Below are positions 49,695 through 62,724 of a DNA stretch of 64,000 bases, piece after piece. Origin of the DNA: Narcine bancroftii. Lineage: Eukaryota. The translations under genes and the position numbers were made by a program. The stretch covers positions 63,736,001 through 63,800,000 of the forward strand of contig NC_091472.1 of the NCBI RefSeq assembly GCF_036971445.1, read 5' to 3'. The notes under the pieces are model-generated. The model did not search any database. It worked only from the letters and a program-made list of their open reading frames with translations, and was not told where the DNA came from. Positions within the stretch are counted from its first letter, which is position 1. Each line of letters begins with the position of its first letter.

Positions 49695-50726
49695 CCAAGG
49701 TTCCCCCATGGTGGACTCATTCATAAAGTAATGAGATCCGTAGAATCTTGGCTGTGGGGATAAACAATTGGGTTGCCTCTAGAAAGCAGAGAGTATTAGT
49801 GGATAGAAATTATTCTGCATGGAAGTCAGTGACTAGTGGAGTTCCACAGGGATCTGTTCTGGGACACCTGCTATTTGTGATTTTTATAAATGACCTGAAT
49901 GAAGAAGTCAAGGGCTGGGTCAGTAAGTTTGCAAATGATATGAGGGTTGGATGTGTTGTGGATAATGTTGAAGCCTGTCAAAGGTTACAACACAACATAG
50001 TCAGGATGCAGAGTTGGGCAGAAAAGTGGCAGATGGAGTTCAATCCAAATAAATGTGACGTGCTACATTTTGATAGGTCAAAATTGAAAGCAGAGTACAT
50101 GGTTAATAGTAGGATATTTAACAGTATGGATGAACCGAATGACCTTGGAGTCCAAATCCATAGATCTCATAATATCACTGCACAGGTTGATAGGATGGTT
50201 AAGAAGGCCGATGATATGCTGGGCTTCATTAATCAAGGGATAGAGTTCAGGAGTTGTGAGGTAATGCGGTAGCTCTACAAGTCTCTGGTGAGACACATTT
50301 AGAATATTGTGTTCAGTTCTCGTTATGTAATTTCAGGAAAGATGTGGAAGCTATGGAGAGGGTGCAGAGGAGCTTGTATTGCATGGATTGGAAAATATGT
50401 CTTATGAGGCAAGATTGGCAGAGCACCTTTTTCCCAGGACAAGAATAGCAAACACCAAAGGGTATCTGTACAAAATAAGGGAAGTAAAGTTTAGGGAAGA
50501 CATCAGAGGTGTTTTTTTTTACACAGCCTAGAATACACTGTCAGGAGTGGTGGTGGAGGCTTGAACAATAGGGGCGGTTAAAAAACTCAGAAACAGGCAC
50601 ATGAGTGAAAGAAGAATAGAGAGTTATGAGGTAGGGAGAGTTTTGGGTTTTTTTGGTAGGTACATATGGGTCGGCATAATATCATGGGCCAAAGTCCTGT
50701 ACTGTGCTGTTGTGTTCTATGTTCTC
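49695..50726 (+). mobile_element. CR1 LINE RT and 3' fragment
   Basis: VTSGVPQGSVLG.LLFVIFINDL...SKFAND...WAEKWQMEFNPNKC; tail gttctatgttct. Confidence 0.93.
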
Positions 50727-53232
50727 AATACACTGAATACTGAAAGACAAGACCATTGCCAAGCTCCCCACTCTCTTCTGCCAAACATTCACATTTTGAG
50801 GGTAACCACAAAATCTTTACACAGTCTGCAAATCACAAGTTAGAATCTTACCTTGGAAGCTCCAAAAATAATCCAAGACAAAGCAGCCCACAGATTTGTA
50901 CTCCATCCATGACAATAACATTTATTTCTTTCTCCATCAGTGCAGAGTTCCTGCTGACTGCACTATCCACAAAGTACACTGTAATTAATCAGCTAGGTTT
51001 TTCCAATTGCATGTTCTATGATATCTATTACCAAATACAAGAGCAGCAAGCAGCTGAAAATATCATCATCTGCATTAGCTTCTCAATGTCACACCTCAAC
51101 CTGGCATGGATATATAATTGATTGTCTGCAGGAGTACCTTCACCAAAGCTATTGCAGTAGTTGAAGATACAGTTCACCATCACCTTCTCTAGGGCAATTT
51201 GAAAGGCAATAAATGCTACCTTGCCAATGACACAGTTTCTGAATCATAGAACAGCACAGGAATAGGTCCTTCAGCTAATGTCTGTACCGACAATGATGCC
51301 AATTTAAACTGATCCCATCTGCCTGCACATGGTCCATATCTGACCACCCCATCCCTCCAATCTGTCTGTTCATGTGCTTGTCTAAATATCACTGAAATGT
51401 TATTGTTTATGCTTCCATCCTCTCCCCTGGCAACAAATTACAAGCGCCCTCCACTCTCTAAAAAAAAATTGCTGCACATATCTTCTTTAAATTCCCTTTC
51501 ATGTTAAATCAATTTCGTCTAAATTTCCTTCCAAGGAAAATGACACTAGGCCTCTCATAATTTTATTTAAGGTCACCCTTCAGTTTTTGCTACTCCAAAG
51601 AAATCAATCCAAGTTTGTCTAGAATCAGAATCAGAATTTATTGTCATGAACAAGTTTTGCAGCAGCATCTCAGTGCAAACATTCATATAAACCACCTTAC
51701 AACAATCAATTCAAAAATAGCGCACGAAAAGTCAAAGTAAGGCAGTATTTTTGGTTCATTAATCATTTAGGAACCTGATGGCAGCAGGGAAGAAGCTGTC
51801 CTTGTACCACCGAGTGCTCATCTTCAGGCTCCTGTACCTTTTTCCCCAATGGTAGCAAAGTGAAGAGGGCATGGCCTGGTGGTAGGGGCCCTTGAGGATA
51901 GAGGCTGCTTTCTTAAGACACTACCTCACGTAGATGTACTAAATGGAGTGACGTTTGGTCCCCGTGATGTCGTAGGCCGAGTTAACAAGCATCAGGAGTT
52001 TTTTTCTTGTCCTGTGCATTGCCACCTCTGTATCATACAGTGATGTAAGCAGCCAAAATGCTCTCCATAGTACACCTGAAGAAGTTTTCGAGAGTCTTCA
52101 GTGACATTCCAAATCTTTTCAAACACTTCACAAAGTATAGCCACTGGTGAGCCTTCTTCATGATTGCATTGACATGGAGGTTCCAGGACAGATCCCTGGA
52201 AATGTTGACACCCAGGAATTTGATGTTCTTGACTCTCTCTGCTACTGAGCCATATGAGGACTGAATCGTGTTCTCCTGACTTCCTCCTGAAGTCCATAGT
52301 CATCTCTTGGTTTAGCTAACATTGAGCACAAGGTTGTTTGCATCTCACCACTCAATAAGCTGATCTATCTCCCTCCTGTACGTTTCCTTATTGCCATTTG
52401 TGATTCTGCCAAAAACTATGCTGTAATCGGCAAATTTGTAGATAGCATTGGAATGATACCTCGCTACACAGTCATGGGTGTATAGTGAGTAGAGCAGTGG
52501 GCAAAGTATCCTTGAGTATGCATGTGTTGATCGTAAGGAGGAGACGCTGTTTCCAATTTGTACTGACTGTGGTCTTCCGATGAGGAAGTTAAGGATCCAG
52601 ATGGAGAGGGTGGGGTACAGAGGCCCAGGGTTTAGAGCTTCTTGATCAGCAATGAGGGAATAATGGTATTGAAGGCTAGCTATAGTTGATGAAGAGTGGC
52701 CGTATGTATGAGTTGCTGTTATCGAGGTGATCCATAGCTGAGTGGAGAGCCAGCAATATTGTGTTTGCTGTGGAGCAATTGTGACGATAGGTGAACTGCA
52801 GTGAGTCCAGACCTTTTCTCAAGGTCATGTTAATTCTGACCAACACCAAGCTCTCAAAGCATTTCATCACAGGAGATGTTAGTGCTACTGGGTGATCGTT
52901 GGTGAGGCAGCTTACACTGCTCTTCCTGGGCACTGCAGTAAAGAGAAGTTGAAAATGTCCATGAATACTCTGGCTATTTGGTTGGCACAGATTTTTCAGT
53001 ACCCTGCCAGGTACACCATCAGGGCCTGATACCTTTCACCCAATTGAATGATGTTCTGATGTTGGCCTCAATGACAGATATCACAGGGTCCTCAGCCTTT
53101 ACAGGGATTCTAGTAGGCACTGTTAGGTTCTCCTCAAAGCAGGCATTGAAGATGTTCAGCATATCAGGTAACGAAACATCACCGCCATCTATGGTATTCG
53201 CCCTCATTTTGTAGGCTATAATGGCCTGCACT

Positions 53233-54304
53233 CCATAGAACCATAAAACATTACAACACAGAAACAGGCCTCATTGGCCCTTCTAGTCTGTGCCAAACCA
53301 TTTTTTTTTTGCCTAGCTCCACTGACCTGTACCCAGTCCACAGCCCTCCATACTTCTCCCATCCATGTACCTGTCCAAATTCCTCTTAAATATTAAAATT
53401 GAGCCCACATTCACCACTTCATCTGGAAGCTTGTTCCACACCCCCATCACTTTCTGTATGAAGAAATTTCCTCTCATGTTCCCCCTAAACTTTTCCCCTT
53501 TCACTCTTAACCTATGTCCTCTGGTTGGTATATCACTTACCCTCAGTGGAAAAAGCCTATCTATGTTTACTCTGTCTATTCTCCTCATAATTTTAAATAC
53601 CTCGACCAAATCTCCCCTCATTCTTCTCTGGTCCAGAGAATAAAGTCCTTACCTTTCCCTGTAACTCATTTCCTGAAGTTCTTGCAACATCCTAGTAAAT
53701 CTCTGCAATTTTTCTATCTTATTGATATCTTTCCTATAGTTAGGAGACCAAAACTGCATGGAATACTCCAAATATTTGGAATACTATTGAGTACATCTAC
53801 AGGGAATGCTGCTGTCAGAGGGCAGCAGCAATTATCAAAGACCCTCACCACCCAGCACATACTCTGTTCTCACTGCTGCCATCAAAAAGACGTATAGGTG
53901 CTACAAGACTCATACCAGCAGGTTCAGGAACAGCTACTACCCCTCCACCCCTCAATGACAAATTCCATCAGAAATTCATTTAAGGACTCTGACTTGAGCA
54001 CTTTATTGATTTTCTTTTGTTCCCCCTGTATTGAACAGTTTGTTTAAATTTGTTATTCGTTTACAGTTTATTTTTGCACTACCAATTAGTGTTAATTCTG
54101 CCATACCCGCAGGAAATAAGAAATCTTAGTTTTGTATATTATGTCGTGTATGCACTCTGGCAATAAATCTGAAATCTGAAAATTTGACCTCATCCCAACT
54201 TTAACATAAGATCCCAACTCCTGTTCTCAATACTTTGATTTATGAAGGCCAATATGCCAAAAGCTCTCTTTACCACCCTATCCATCCATGATGCCAATTT
54301 CAGG
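53233..54304 (-). mobile_element. CR1 left arm of a head-to-head pair (interrupted at about 53772-54180)
   Basis: MRGDLVEVFKIMRRIDRV...TRGHRL...FFIQKVMGVWNKLP; tail at 53233. Confidence 0.9.
53785..54180 (+). mobile_element. Short Rex-type 3' fragment inside the CR1 left arm
   Basis: IIKDPHHPAHTLFSLLPS; tail aataaatctgaaatctgaa. Confidence 0.82.
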
Positions 54305-57300
54305 GAAAGAGCGTCACAGGGTTATAAAGACAGCTTTTGGCAAATTGTTCTTCATAAATCAAAGTACTGAGTTTAGGAGTTGGGATGTTATGAAAAAGTT
54401 GTACAAGACATTGGTGAGGCCAAATTTGGAGTATTGTGTGCAGTTTTGGTTATCCAACTACAGGAAAGTTATCAATAAGTTATAAAGAGTGCAAAGAAGA
54501 TTTGCTAGCATGTTGCCTGGACTTCAGGAACTGAATAACAGGGAAAGGTTAAACAGGTTGATGCATGATTAATTACACAAAGACTGAAGTTGCCGAGACT
54601 GAAAGCTTTTATTTACAAGAGAAGGACAGCATCCCTATGTTGGTTGCTCACATTGACCTGGACTCGAACTAGCATGTGCCTATGGAGTAGTACTGGCCCC
54701 GGCGACGTCAGCCAGGTAGGTTCCTGACACCGTTCTCCTGGGGAATGTAAACAGTCTTTCATGAGGTGTCTCATTGGTGGCTGAACACAGGAGGGACAGG
54801 ATCACGTGGAGCATTTCTGGGAGAAACTCTTGCTAGTGGAGGATGGGGAGACCCTTGGACTCTAAGGCCACTAGTACTACCTTTCAGATCATGTCATTCT
54901 CCCGCTCCACCTGACCATCCCCTTTGGGGTTATAGCTGACGGCCCGTCTCGAGGCGATGCCTTTGGACAGCAAATATTGACGCAGCTTGTTGCTCATGAT
55001 GGACAAACCCCTATATCTGTGGATGTAGCAGGGGTATCCAAAAATGGTGAACAGATTGTTCAGAGCCTTTATGATGGTAGCTGCAGTCATGTCCGGGCAG
55101 GGGATGGAAAATGGGAACCATGAGTACTCATCAATGAAGTACACGTTGCAGTTCATGGAGGGTCGGGGTCCTTTGAAGTCCATGCTTAGACATTCAAAGG
55201 GTTGAGTGGTAGAGTGCCACTCTGCTCAGACCCGGCAATTTCTGGTCAGCATCCTGGTGTCCTCGATGGAGTAGGGGATATTACGGGCCTTGATGAAGTG
55301 AAAAAAAATAGATGATCCTGGGGTGGCAGAGGTCATTGTGCAGTGCCTGCAGGTGATCTATCTGTGCACTGGTGCAAATCTCCCGAGAAAGGGTATCCGA
55401 GGGCTCATTGAGCTTTCTGAGCTGGTACAGTATGTTGTAATTGTAGGTGGAGAGCTCAATTCTCCATCTCAGGATTTTATCGTTTTTTGATTTTACTCCG
55501 CTGCTGATTATTAAACATAAAGGCGACTGCCTTTATGTTTAACCCTCTGGTTAGTCAGCGCGTAAAATGCTTACTGGTGAGATAATGTCTCCATTGCCAT
55601 ACTGCTTCAACAATAGCCTGGGCCTCTTTCTTGATGGACAAGTGCCAGATCTCGGGGCACCCCTGGAAGGTGTATGAAAAAAAAACACTACGGGCCTGCC
55701 AGCCTAGTTAAGTGTGGCGGCCAGGAAAAAGTTGGACGCATCACTCACCACATGGAATGGGGTGGATTTGTCCACTGCATGCATCGTGGCCATTGCAATG
55801 TCGGTTTTGATATGGTTGAATGCCTTACAGACTTCTGCCAACAGGGAGAAAACAGTGGCCCTGAAAAGGCATTGGTCCTTCTCCGGGTAGCTGGAGACCC
55901 ACTGAGCATAATAAGAGAAAAAGCCCAGGCACCTTTTCAAGGTCTTCAGGCAATGGGACAATGGGAGTTCTAGCTCGGGACGCATGCTGTCGGGGTCAGG
56001 GCTGATGACTTAATTCTCCACAACACAGCTTAGTATAGCTAGCTGATGTGTGCTGAAGACACATGTCCATGTGTTATACGTCAGATTTAGGATTTTTGCG
56101 GTGCAGAGAAATTTCTGGAGGTTCCTATCATGATCCTGCTGGTCATGGCCGCAGATGACAACATGTTCGATATATGGGAAAGTGGCCTGCAGCCCAAGTT
56201 TGTCCACCATCTGATCCATTTCCTTCTGAAAGACTGAAACTCCATTTGTGACTCTAAAGGGAACCCTCAGGAAGTGGTAAAGCTGGCCATCTGCCTTGAA
56301 GGCAGTATACTGGCTGTCTTTGGGGCAAATGGGGAGCTGGTGGTAGGCTGACTTAAGGTCCACGGTGGAGAACACCTTGTACTGGGCGATCTGATTCACC
56401 ATGTCAGCTATGCAGGGCAGGGAGTATGCATCCAGCCGGGTGAACCTATTGATGGTCTGGGAGTAATCAATGATCATCCAGTGTTTCTCCCCTCTCTCCA
56501 GAGGCTCGTATTCTGTTCTATCACCCCCTCAGTGAGCAGGCGTCTCACTTCTGACATAATAAATGCCCTGTCCCTGGTGCTATATTGCTGACTTTTAATG
56601 GCGATGGGCTTACAGTCAGGGGTGAGATTGGTGAACAGGGGTGGGGAAGAGATCTGTAGTGCAGAGAACGCATGTCAGATGCAGTGATTGGGTTTGGGAC
56701 TGATGGTTGGCCACGTGGTGAGAGGAGGGAGGGCAGTTTAAAAACTGCTAATTGCAGACAATGTGGGGAGGATTGGTCCCATCGTACTCCATGATGACAC
56801 TCTTCATGTTATACTGGAAGTCTAATCCCAGTAAGATGGGTGCACAGAGCTGTGGCAGTATGAGAAGTTTAAAGTCCCGGTATACTCTGTCCCAGACAGT
56901 CAGTGTTACTGTGCAACTGCCACAAATCTTTGCCGAGTGAGATTTAAATCCAATGGAGATACAGTGGCCCACGGGCTTCATCCCTAGGGAGTAATGCTGT
57001 ACAGTGTCCAGGTGAATGAAGCTTTCAGCGCTTCTACTGTCAAATAGGCAAGTGGTGGGGTGGCCAGTTACCTGGATGTCCATCATGGACCTGGAGAGTT
57101 GATGGGGTCTGTCCTGATTGATACTGATGCCAGCGCCGGCTTGTTGTCTCAGGAGTTCCGTTGGCTGCTGGTGGTCCAGTAAGATGGTGCCCAAGATGGC
57201 AGCCCTTATGGTGTGCACGTGGCCCCATCGTAGTCCATTGGAAGAGATGGGAGAGAAGGCAAAAGTGACATCATCATAGGCGGCGGTCTCCTTGGCATGT

Positions 57301-58800
57301 GTGCATGGCTATTCCAGGTCCGCGGAAGTGACACCATTGAAGATAGCTGTCCCTGCTTGCACGCGGCACTGCTAGAACTCAGGATTGGTTTGGACTTACA
57401 GACCTTCATGAAGTCTCCATTCTTCCCACAGTTGGAGCAAACAGTATCCCTGGCAAGTTAGCATTTCCTCAGATGCTTAGTCTGTCCGCAGAAGTAGCAC
57501 TTTGGGTAGTGGTGGTTAGTTGAGAGTGGGAGGGGGCTTGCGATGCTGCCTCCCAAGATGGTGCCCCGTTCCCCACAAGTCGGCCGTGTGTTCACTGGAG
57601 AATGATTCGGTGTTGTGGATGGCTACCTCGAGAATGTTCGCCAGTTCGATGGTCTGAGGTAGGCTCAATTGTCTCTGTTCAAGTAGCCTCTGCCTCATAT
57701 AGTTGAAGTGTATGTCTGTTACACTGGCGCTTCTGATCAGCAGCTGAGTGTGATGTTCCACACTCACAACCTGGCAGTTGCAGTCCCTTGTGAGCTCCTG
57801 CAGAGCTCTGATGAAGTCATTGAAGATTTCCCCCAGTTGCTGCCTGTGTGAGAGGAGTACATGCCGTGCATAGACCTCATTCACCTGAACTTTACACTGG
57901 TCCTTCAGGATGTCCATTACGGCTCTGTACGTCTGGCAGTCCCAGACCATCCAGTGGACCTGGTGCCCGATGTATGAGTACAGCAGATGGAGTTTGTCCT
58001 CATCGTCCTGGATAGCTGTGAAGGCTGTGAAGAACTTTTCGAAGCAGCAGCGCCAGAGCGTGAACTTGTCAACTGCCTCGGGTTCTCTTGGGTCGATTTC
58101 CAGGCAATCCAACTTCATGTACTTGTCTGTGTTTTCAAAAAAATCTTGTAAATACAATTGATGCACAATTACACAAAGACTGAAGTTGTTGAGACTGAAG
58201 GCTTTTATTTACAAGAGATGGATCCCTGTGCTGGTCGCTCACACTGACTCGGACTTGAACAGGGTGCAGATTTGTGGCATGACAACCTTTATGGGGGAGA
58301 AAGGGGAGGAGTCACAAGCCAGCCAGTGAGAACAGGGTCAACCAGGAAAGGTCATGACATTTACATATGTAAAATATATACAATAGTGGTTTCACCACAC
58401 AGGTTAGGACTTTTTTTTTCTGGACTATAGAAGAAGAGGGGAGATGGGGATTATGAGGGGGATAGACAGAGTAAATGTAGATAGGCTTTTTTCCACTGAG
58501 GGTAGGTCAGATATAAATCAGAGGACATGGGTTAAGAATGAAAGGGGGATTATTTAGGGAGATCATGAAGGGGAACTTCTTCACATGGAAAGTGGTTGGA
58601 GTGTGGAATGAGCTGCCAGCTGAGGTAGTGAATGCGGGCTCAATTTTTACATTTAAGAAGAATTTGGACAGGTACATGGATGGGAGAAGTATGGAGGGCT
58701 ATGGACTGGGTGCAGAGCAGTTGAATTAGGCAAATAAAATGGTTCAGAACAGACTAGAAGGGCCAAAGGGACCTGTTTTTGTGCTGTAATGTTCTATGAT
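54305..58800 (+). mobile_element. CR1 right arm of the head-to-head pair (interrupted by Gypsy 3)
   Basis: KLYKTLVRPNLEYCVQFW; resumes at 58405 with NFFTWKVVGVWNELP; tail gttctatga at 58800. Confidence 0.9.
54559..58399 (-). mobile_element. Gypsy LTR retrotransposon 3: gag-PR-RT-RH-IN, 5' LTR at 58159-58399, partial 3' LTR at 54559-54672, 5-bp TSD
   Basis: TSD caggt at 54554-54558 and 58400-58404; protease CLFDS; RT IDYSQTINRFT...DLKSAYHQ; RNase H SDAS; integrase DFKGP...YNPKGDGQVEREN. Confidence 0.95.
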
Positions 58801-59644
58801 CAATTTGAGAAATTCAAAGCAGTCTTCCTGACGCTCCTCCACCTTCCTCGACCATAGTTTTGTCGTCTTCACTACTGGTGCTGTGGTCCTCAGTCTCTGC
58901 TTTTATGCCAGGAGTAGAAGAACAGACAGGTGATCAGACCAGCCAAAGTGCAGACATGGTATGGCTTGGTAGATGTTCATCATGGTGGCATAGCAGTGGT
59001 CAAGTGTGTTGGCTCCTCTGGTCTTGCATGTTACATGCAATTTGTTAGAGTCTTCTTCAGGTTGGCCTGATTGAAGTCCCCTACAATGATCGGAAAGGCA
59101 TCAGGATGTGTTGTCTCATGGCTGCTAATCACAGTGGTCAGTCCCTCCAGTGCCAGCCTGATGTTAGCCTGGGGTGGAATGTACACTGCGACCAGGATGA
59201 TGGTGGTAAACTCCCTCAGCAGGTTGAATGATTGGTAGAACCTATCGTTATAGGTAAAACTCTTTGATACAGGCACCCTCTCCAAAATCTCCACATCCTT
59301 CCTGTGATGCAGTGGCCAGAATTGCACACACTGCTCCAAATGTAGCAAACCAAAATGTTATACAGCTGCAACAAGACTTTGGCTGAATTGATAAAAGCTA
59401 GAATGTATTCTTTGCCACCCTATCAATTTGGTTTCAGGGACACATGAACTTGCACCCAACATCACTCTGCATACATCAATGCATGAAGAATCCTGCCATT
59501 TCGTGTTTATTTCCTCTTCCATTTGAATTTCCAAACATTAACACCTCCTACTTGTCTACATTACACTCCATCTGCCATTTCTCCACCCATTTTTCCATCT
59601 GAATATACCTTTCTAGACCTTTTGACAACTTTTGATCAATCATA

Positions 59645-60942
59645 CAGGTACCGAAGAAAAGTAGTGTGAGCTGCCTCAACAACTACTGCCCAGTTACACT
59701 CATTTCTACCATGATTAAATGCTTTGATAGGCTGATCATGGCCAGATTTAACATGTACCCAAGCAAAGATCTGGACCCACTGCAATTAACCTATCATCAT
59801 ATTTGCTCCGCAACAGATGCAATATCACTGGCTCTCTACTTAGCTCTGGATCACCTCAAAAACAGCAATTCATTGACTACAGCTCAGCTTTCAATACCAT
59901 TTTTCCCTCAGTGCTGATCAAAAAGCTACAAACTCTCTGTATCGCCCACTGCAACTGGATCCTTGACTTTCTGATGGGAAGACCACAGTCAGTACGAATT
60001 GGAAACAATGTCTCCTCCTCAGTGATCATCAACGCAGGTGCACCCGAAGGATGCGTGCTTTACTTACTGCTCTACTCATTATACACCCATCACTGTGTGG
60101 CCAGGCACAATTCCAATGCAATCTACAAATCTGTTGATAACAACACAGTTGTTGGCAGAATGACAAACAGCAATGAGGAAGCGTACAGGAGGGAGAGAGA
60201 TCAGTTCATTGAATGGTGTAACAACAACAACCTTGTGCTCAATGTTAGCAAAGCTAAGGAGATGATTGTAGACTTCAGAAGGAAGTCAGGGAACACAACC
60301 CAGTCCTCACTGAGTGCTCAGTTGTGGAGACCGTCAAATTCCTGGGTGTCAACTTCTCCATGGATGTATCCTGGAGATTTTGATACAACCACAAAGAAGA
60401 CTTGCCAGCAGCTATACTTTGTGAGATGTCTGAGGAGATACGGTATGTCACCAAAAACTACTATAGGTGTACCGTGGAGAGGATTCTGGCTGGTTGCATC
60501 ACTATCTGGTACAGAGGTGCCAACTCTCAAGGCAAGAATAAACTTCAGAGGGTTATTAACTTGGCCTGTGATATCACAGGCACCAGATATCACTCCATCA
60601 AGGACATCTACATGAGCCAGTGTCTTAAAAAAAAGCAGCCTCTATCCTCAAAGACCCCACCACCCAGGCCATGCCCTCTTCACTTTGCTACCATAGGGGA
60701 AAAAGATACAGGAGCTTAAAGACAAGCACTCAGTGGTACAAGGACAGCTTCTTCCTGCTGCCATCAGATTCCTGAATAATCATTGAACCAAAGACACTGC
60801 CTTACTTTTCGTGCACTACTATTGTTTTATTTATAGTAATGTTGTAAGATGGTTATAATATGAATGTTTGCACTATGATATTGCTGCTAAACACTGAATT
60901 TCATGACTTTTTCATAACCATAAATTCTAATTCTGATTCTGA
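59645..60942 (+). mobile_element. Rex1/Babar LINE, 5'-truncated
   Basis: DYSSAFNTI...CNWILDFL...GAPEGCVL...[10 protein letters not shown]; tail aaattctaattctgattctga. Confidence 0.92.
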
Positions 60943-62724
60943 ACTTCTCTCACTGTCCATATCTCTGCCAATTTTGAATGTACATTTTTAAAAAAGACTC
61001 GATTCTCACAAACATTTTTAGCTCTCTAATTTCCAATCAAGCCCAAAATTACTTATATTGTCAGGATATCAAATTGTCAAAATTCTTAAAGTGACATTAC
61101 ATTGTGATCAGCGTGCATCATAAAATCTTGTAGTTGCAGAAAAATTGTTTAAATTAAATATTTTTTTTGTTTTTTATACACATGGCTGAACAAAATGAAA
61201 TGATGAGATGGGATGGAATTTTTCAGTGTAGATATGTTCAGAGGCAAGATTAGACATTATTCAGGTGGTTGGATGATAAACTTACCAGATTCTTTTCCTA
61301 ACTCTCACCAAACTTCATTGCTCATGAATTTAAAACATTTTTACTGCTTGAAAATTATTTATTTTAATGTGTATGTACAAAATTTTGGAATATGATACAG
61401 CAAACTGCAGTGGAGTGACTGTCTTAAACAAGTATAACTTGAGATTTTTCTGATTACAAATTTATAAATTTCAGGTTTATGTGCATGGTCCCTGACAAGG
61501 ACATTCATGAGAATCTCTGAAAGGATTTAATGAGATCCTGTCATCAAAAGGCAATGTTGCCTTCCTTTCAACATCGTGATCCTTCGACCAATGCAAAACT
61601 TACCATGAGAAGTTATAAAGCAATATTGGGGAAAAAAAAAATCACAAAATGTTATTTTGTCATTTGACTAATATTCTTCTGGCAATAGGACACGCCTTTC
61701 CCACCTAATCTTATCTTTATGTTACTCTTAACAACCCACCTCAGGAGGCAAATAAAGTTATCCTCCTGTATATTCCTTTAAACTGGAAATGCGTGTACAG
61801 TACTTCAATTAAGAGAAATTACCTTTTTTTTTAAAAAAAAATTCCTTGGTTTTCTGAAAGTATGAGAACAAGCGTGTCCTAATCCTTCGTGAAACATCAA
61901 CTGCTAAAAGACAAATTGTCAATCTAAAATAAATTGTTGAATTTAGAAGTGTCTTTTTCCTGTACTCCAAAAACACACCTTTTACATATTCTGATTGCTT
62001 GGAAATCATCTCGTTCTCATTGAATCATCATTCAAGTTATTTCCATTTTAATATTGTTATAGATCCCTTGCTTGTTTAATACAAGTATTGAGAGAAACTA
62101 ACTCATAATCTCAAACTTAATTCAACTCACAAAATAAAAATCATCCTTCAAAATGATCATTTTAAATTTAGTTTCATGGCATAACAATAATCTCAACAAA
62201 TGTTAAGGTGGAATGTGCACAATTAAGCATTCACATGCCAGGAGCCAAAAAGTCTTTAAAAATAAATGATTCATATAGCAATTACAATTAACCAAGAGAT
62301 TTAAAATTAAAATATTTCTTAATGAAATGTAAAAATAAGAAAAAAATATAGATAGAAATTCCCTTGTAAAAAAAAGGATCTCATAACAGACTCATTCACT
62401 TTATATTTGACAAAGATAATACAATAGTTTTAAGTTCCCTTTCATACATGGTTTGATTTAAATTAGAGAAGTTCATTTACAAATGATACACAATTCTTGG
62501 AGTTTGAATTGAGCTTATATTGTTGGTACTAACTTTTGAGACTTTTTATATTTGGACCAATGAATTTCAAATGATGATTTGTAGGCATTGAGTGGGGTAC
62601 TTTTAAGTGGTATTTTGTTACCCATTCAGCAAAATACTGAGCAAATGAACAGATTTCCTCAAATGGTTGAATGTTTTTAAAAGTGCGCCTACAAATGCGA
62701 TTGAAATATTTAGAGATGATCATA

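Larger units (their letters stand above)
48185..51235 (+). mobile_element. Old L2/CR1-group LINE split by RTE and CR1 insertions (pieces at about 48185-48470, 49471-49690 and 50727-51235)
   Basis: SAPDF..VQTW.KE..SR.E..VTMLEIKAAFD; QQDLDNIQ; IHILRVT; 3' end caccttctctagggcaatt...ggcaataaatgct. Confidence 0.72.
51621..59238 (-). mobile_element. Rex1/Babar LINE (pieces 51621-53232 and 58801-59238), interrupted by a CR1 pair
   Basis: Endonuclease AVYIPPQAN...IVGDFNQANL; RT HPVALTSPVMKCFE...LDSLQF; (ttctga)n tail at 51621. Confidence 0.9.
51243..60975 (-). mobile_element. Old CR1 LINE in three pieces (51243-51620, 59239-59630, 60943-60975), host to two Rex insertions
   Basis: 3' tail at 51243; HLEQCVQFWPLHHRKDVEILERV at about 59270-59345; sequence is continuous across both Rex junctions. 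Confidence 0.72.

Noticed and set aside
61460-61600. Possible additional exon after tttcAG at about 61474
   Set aside because: The frames I checked close quickly, and I found no convincing donor or recognisable homology.
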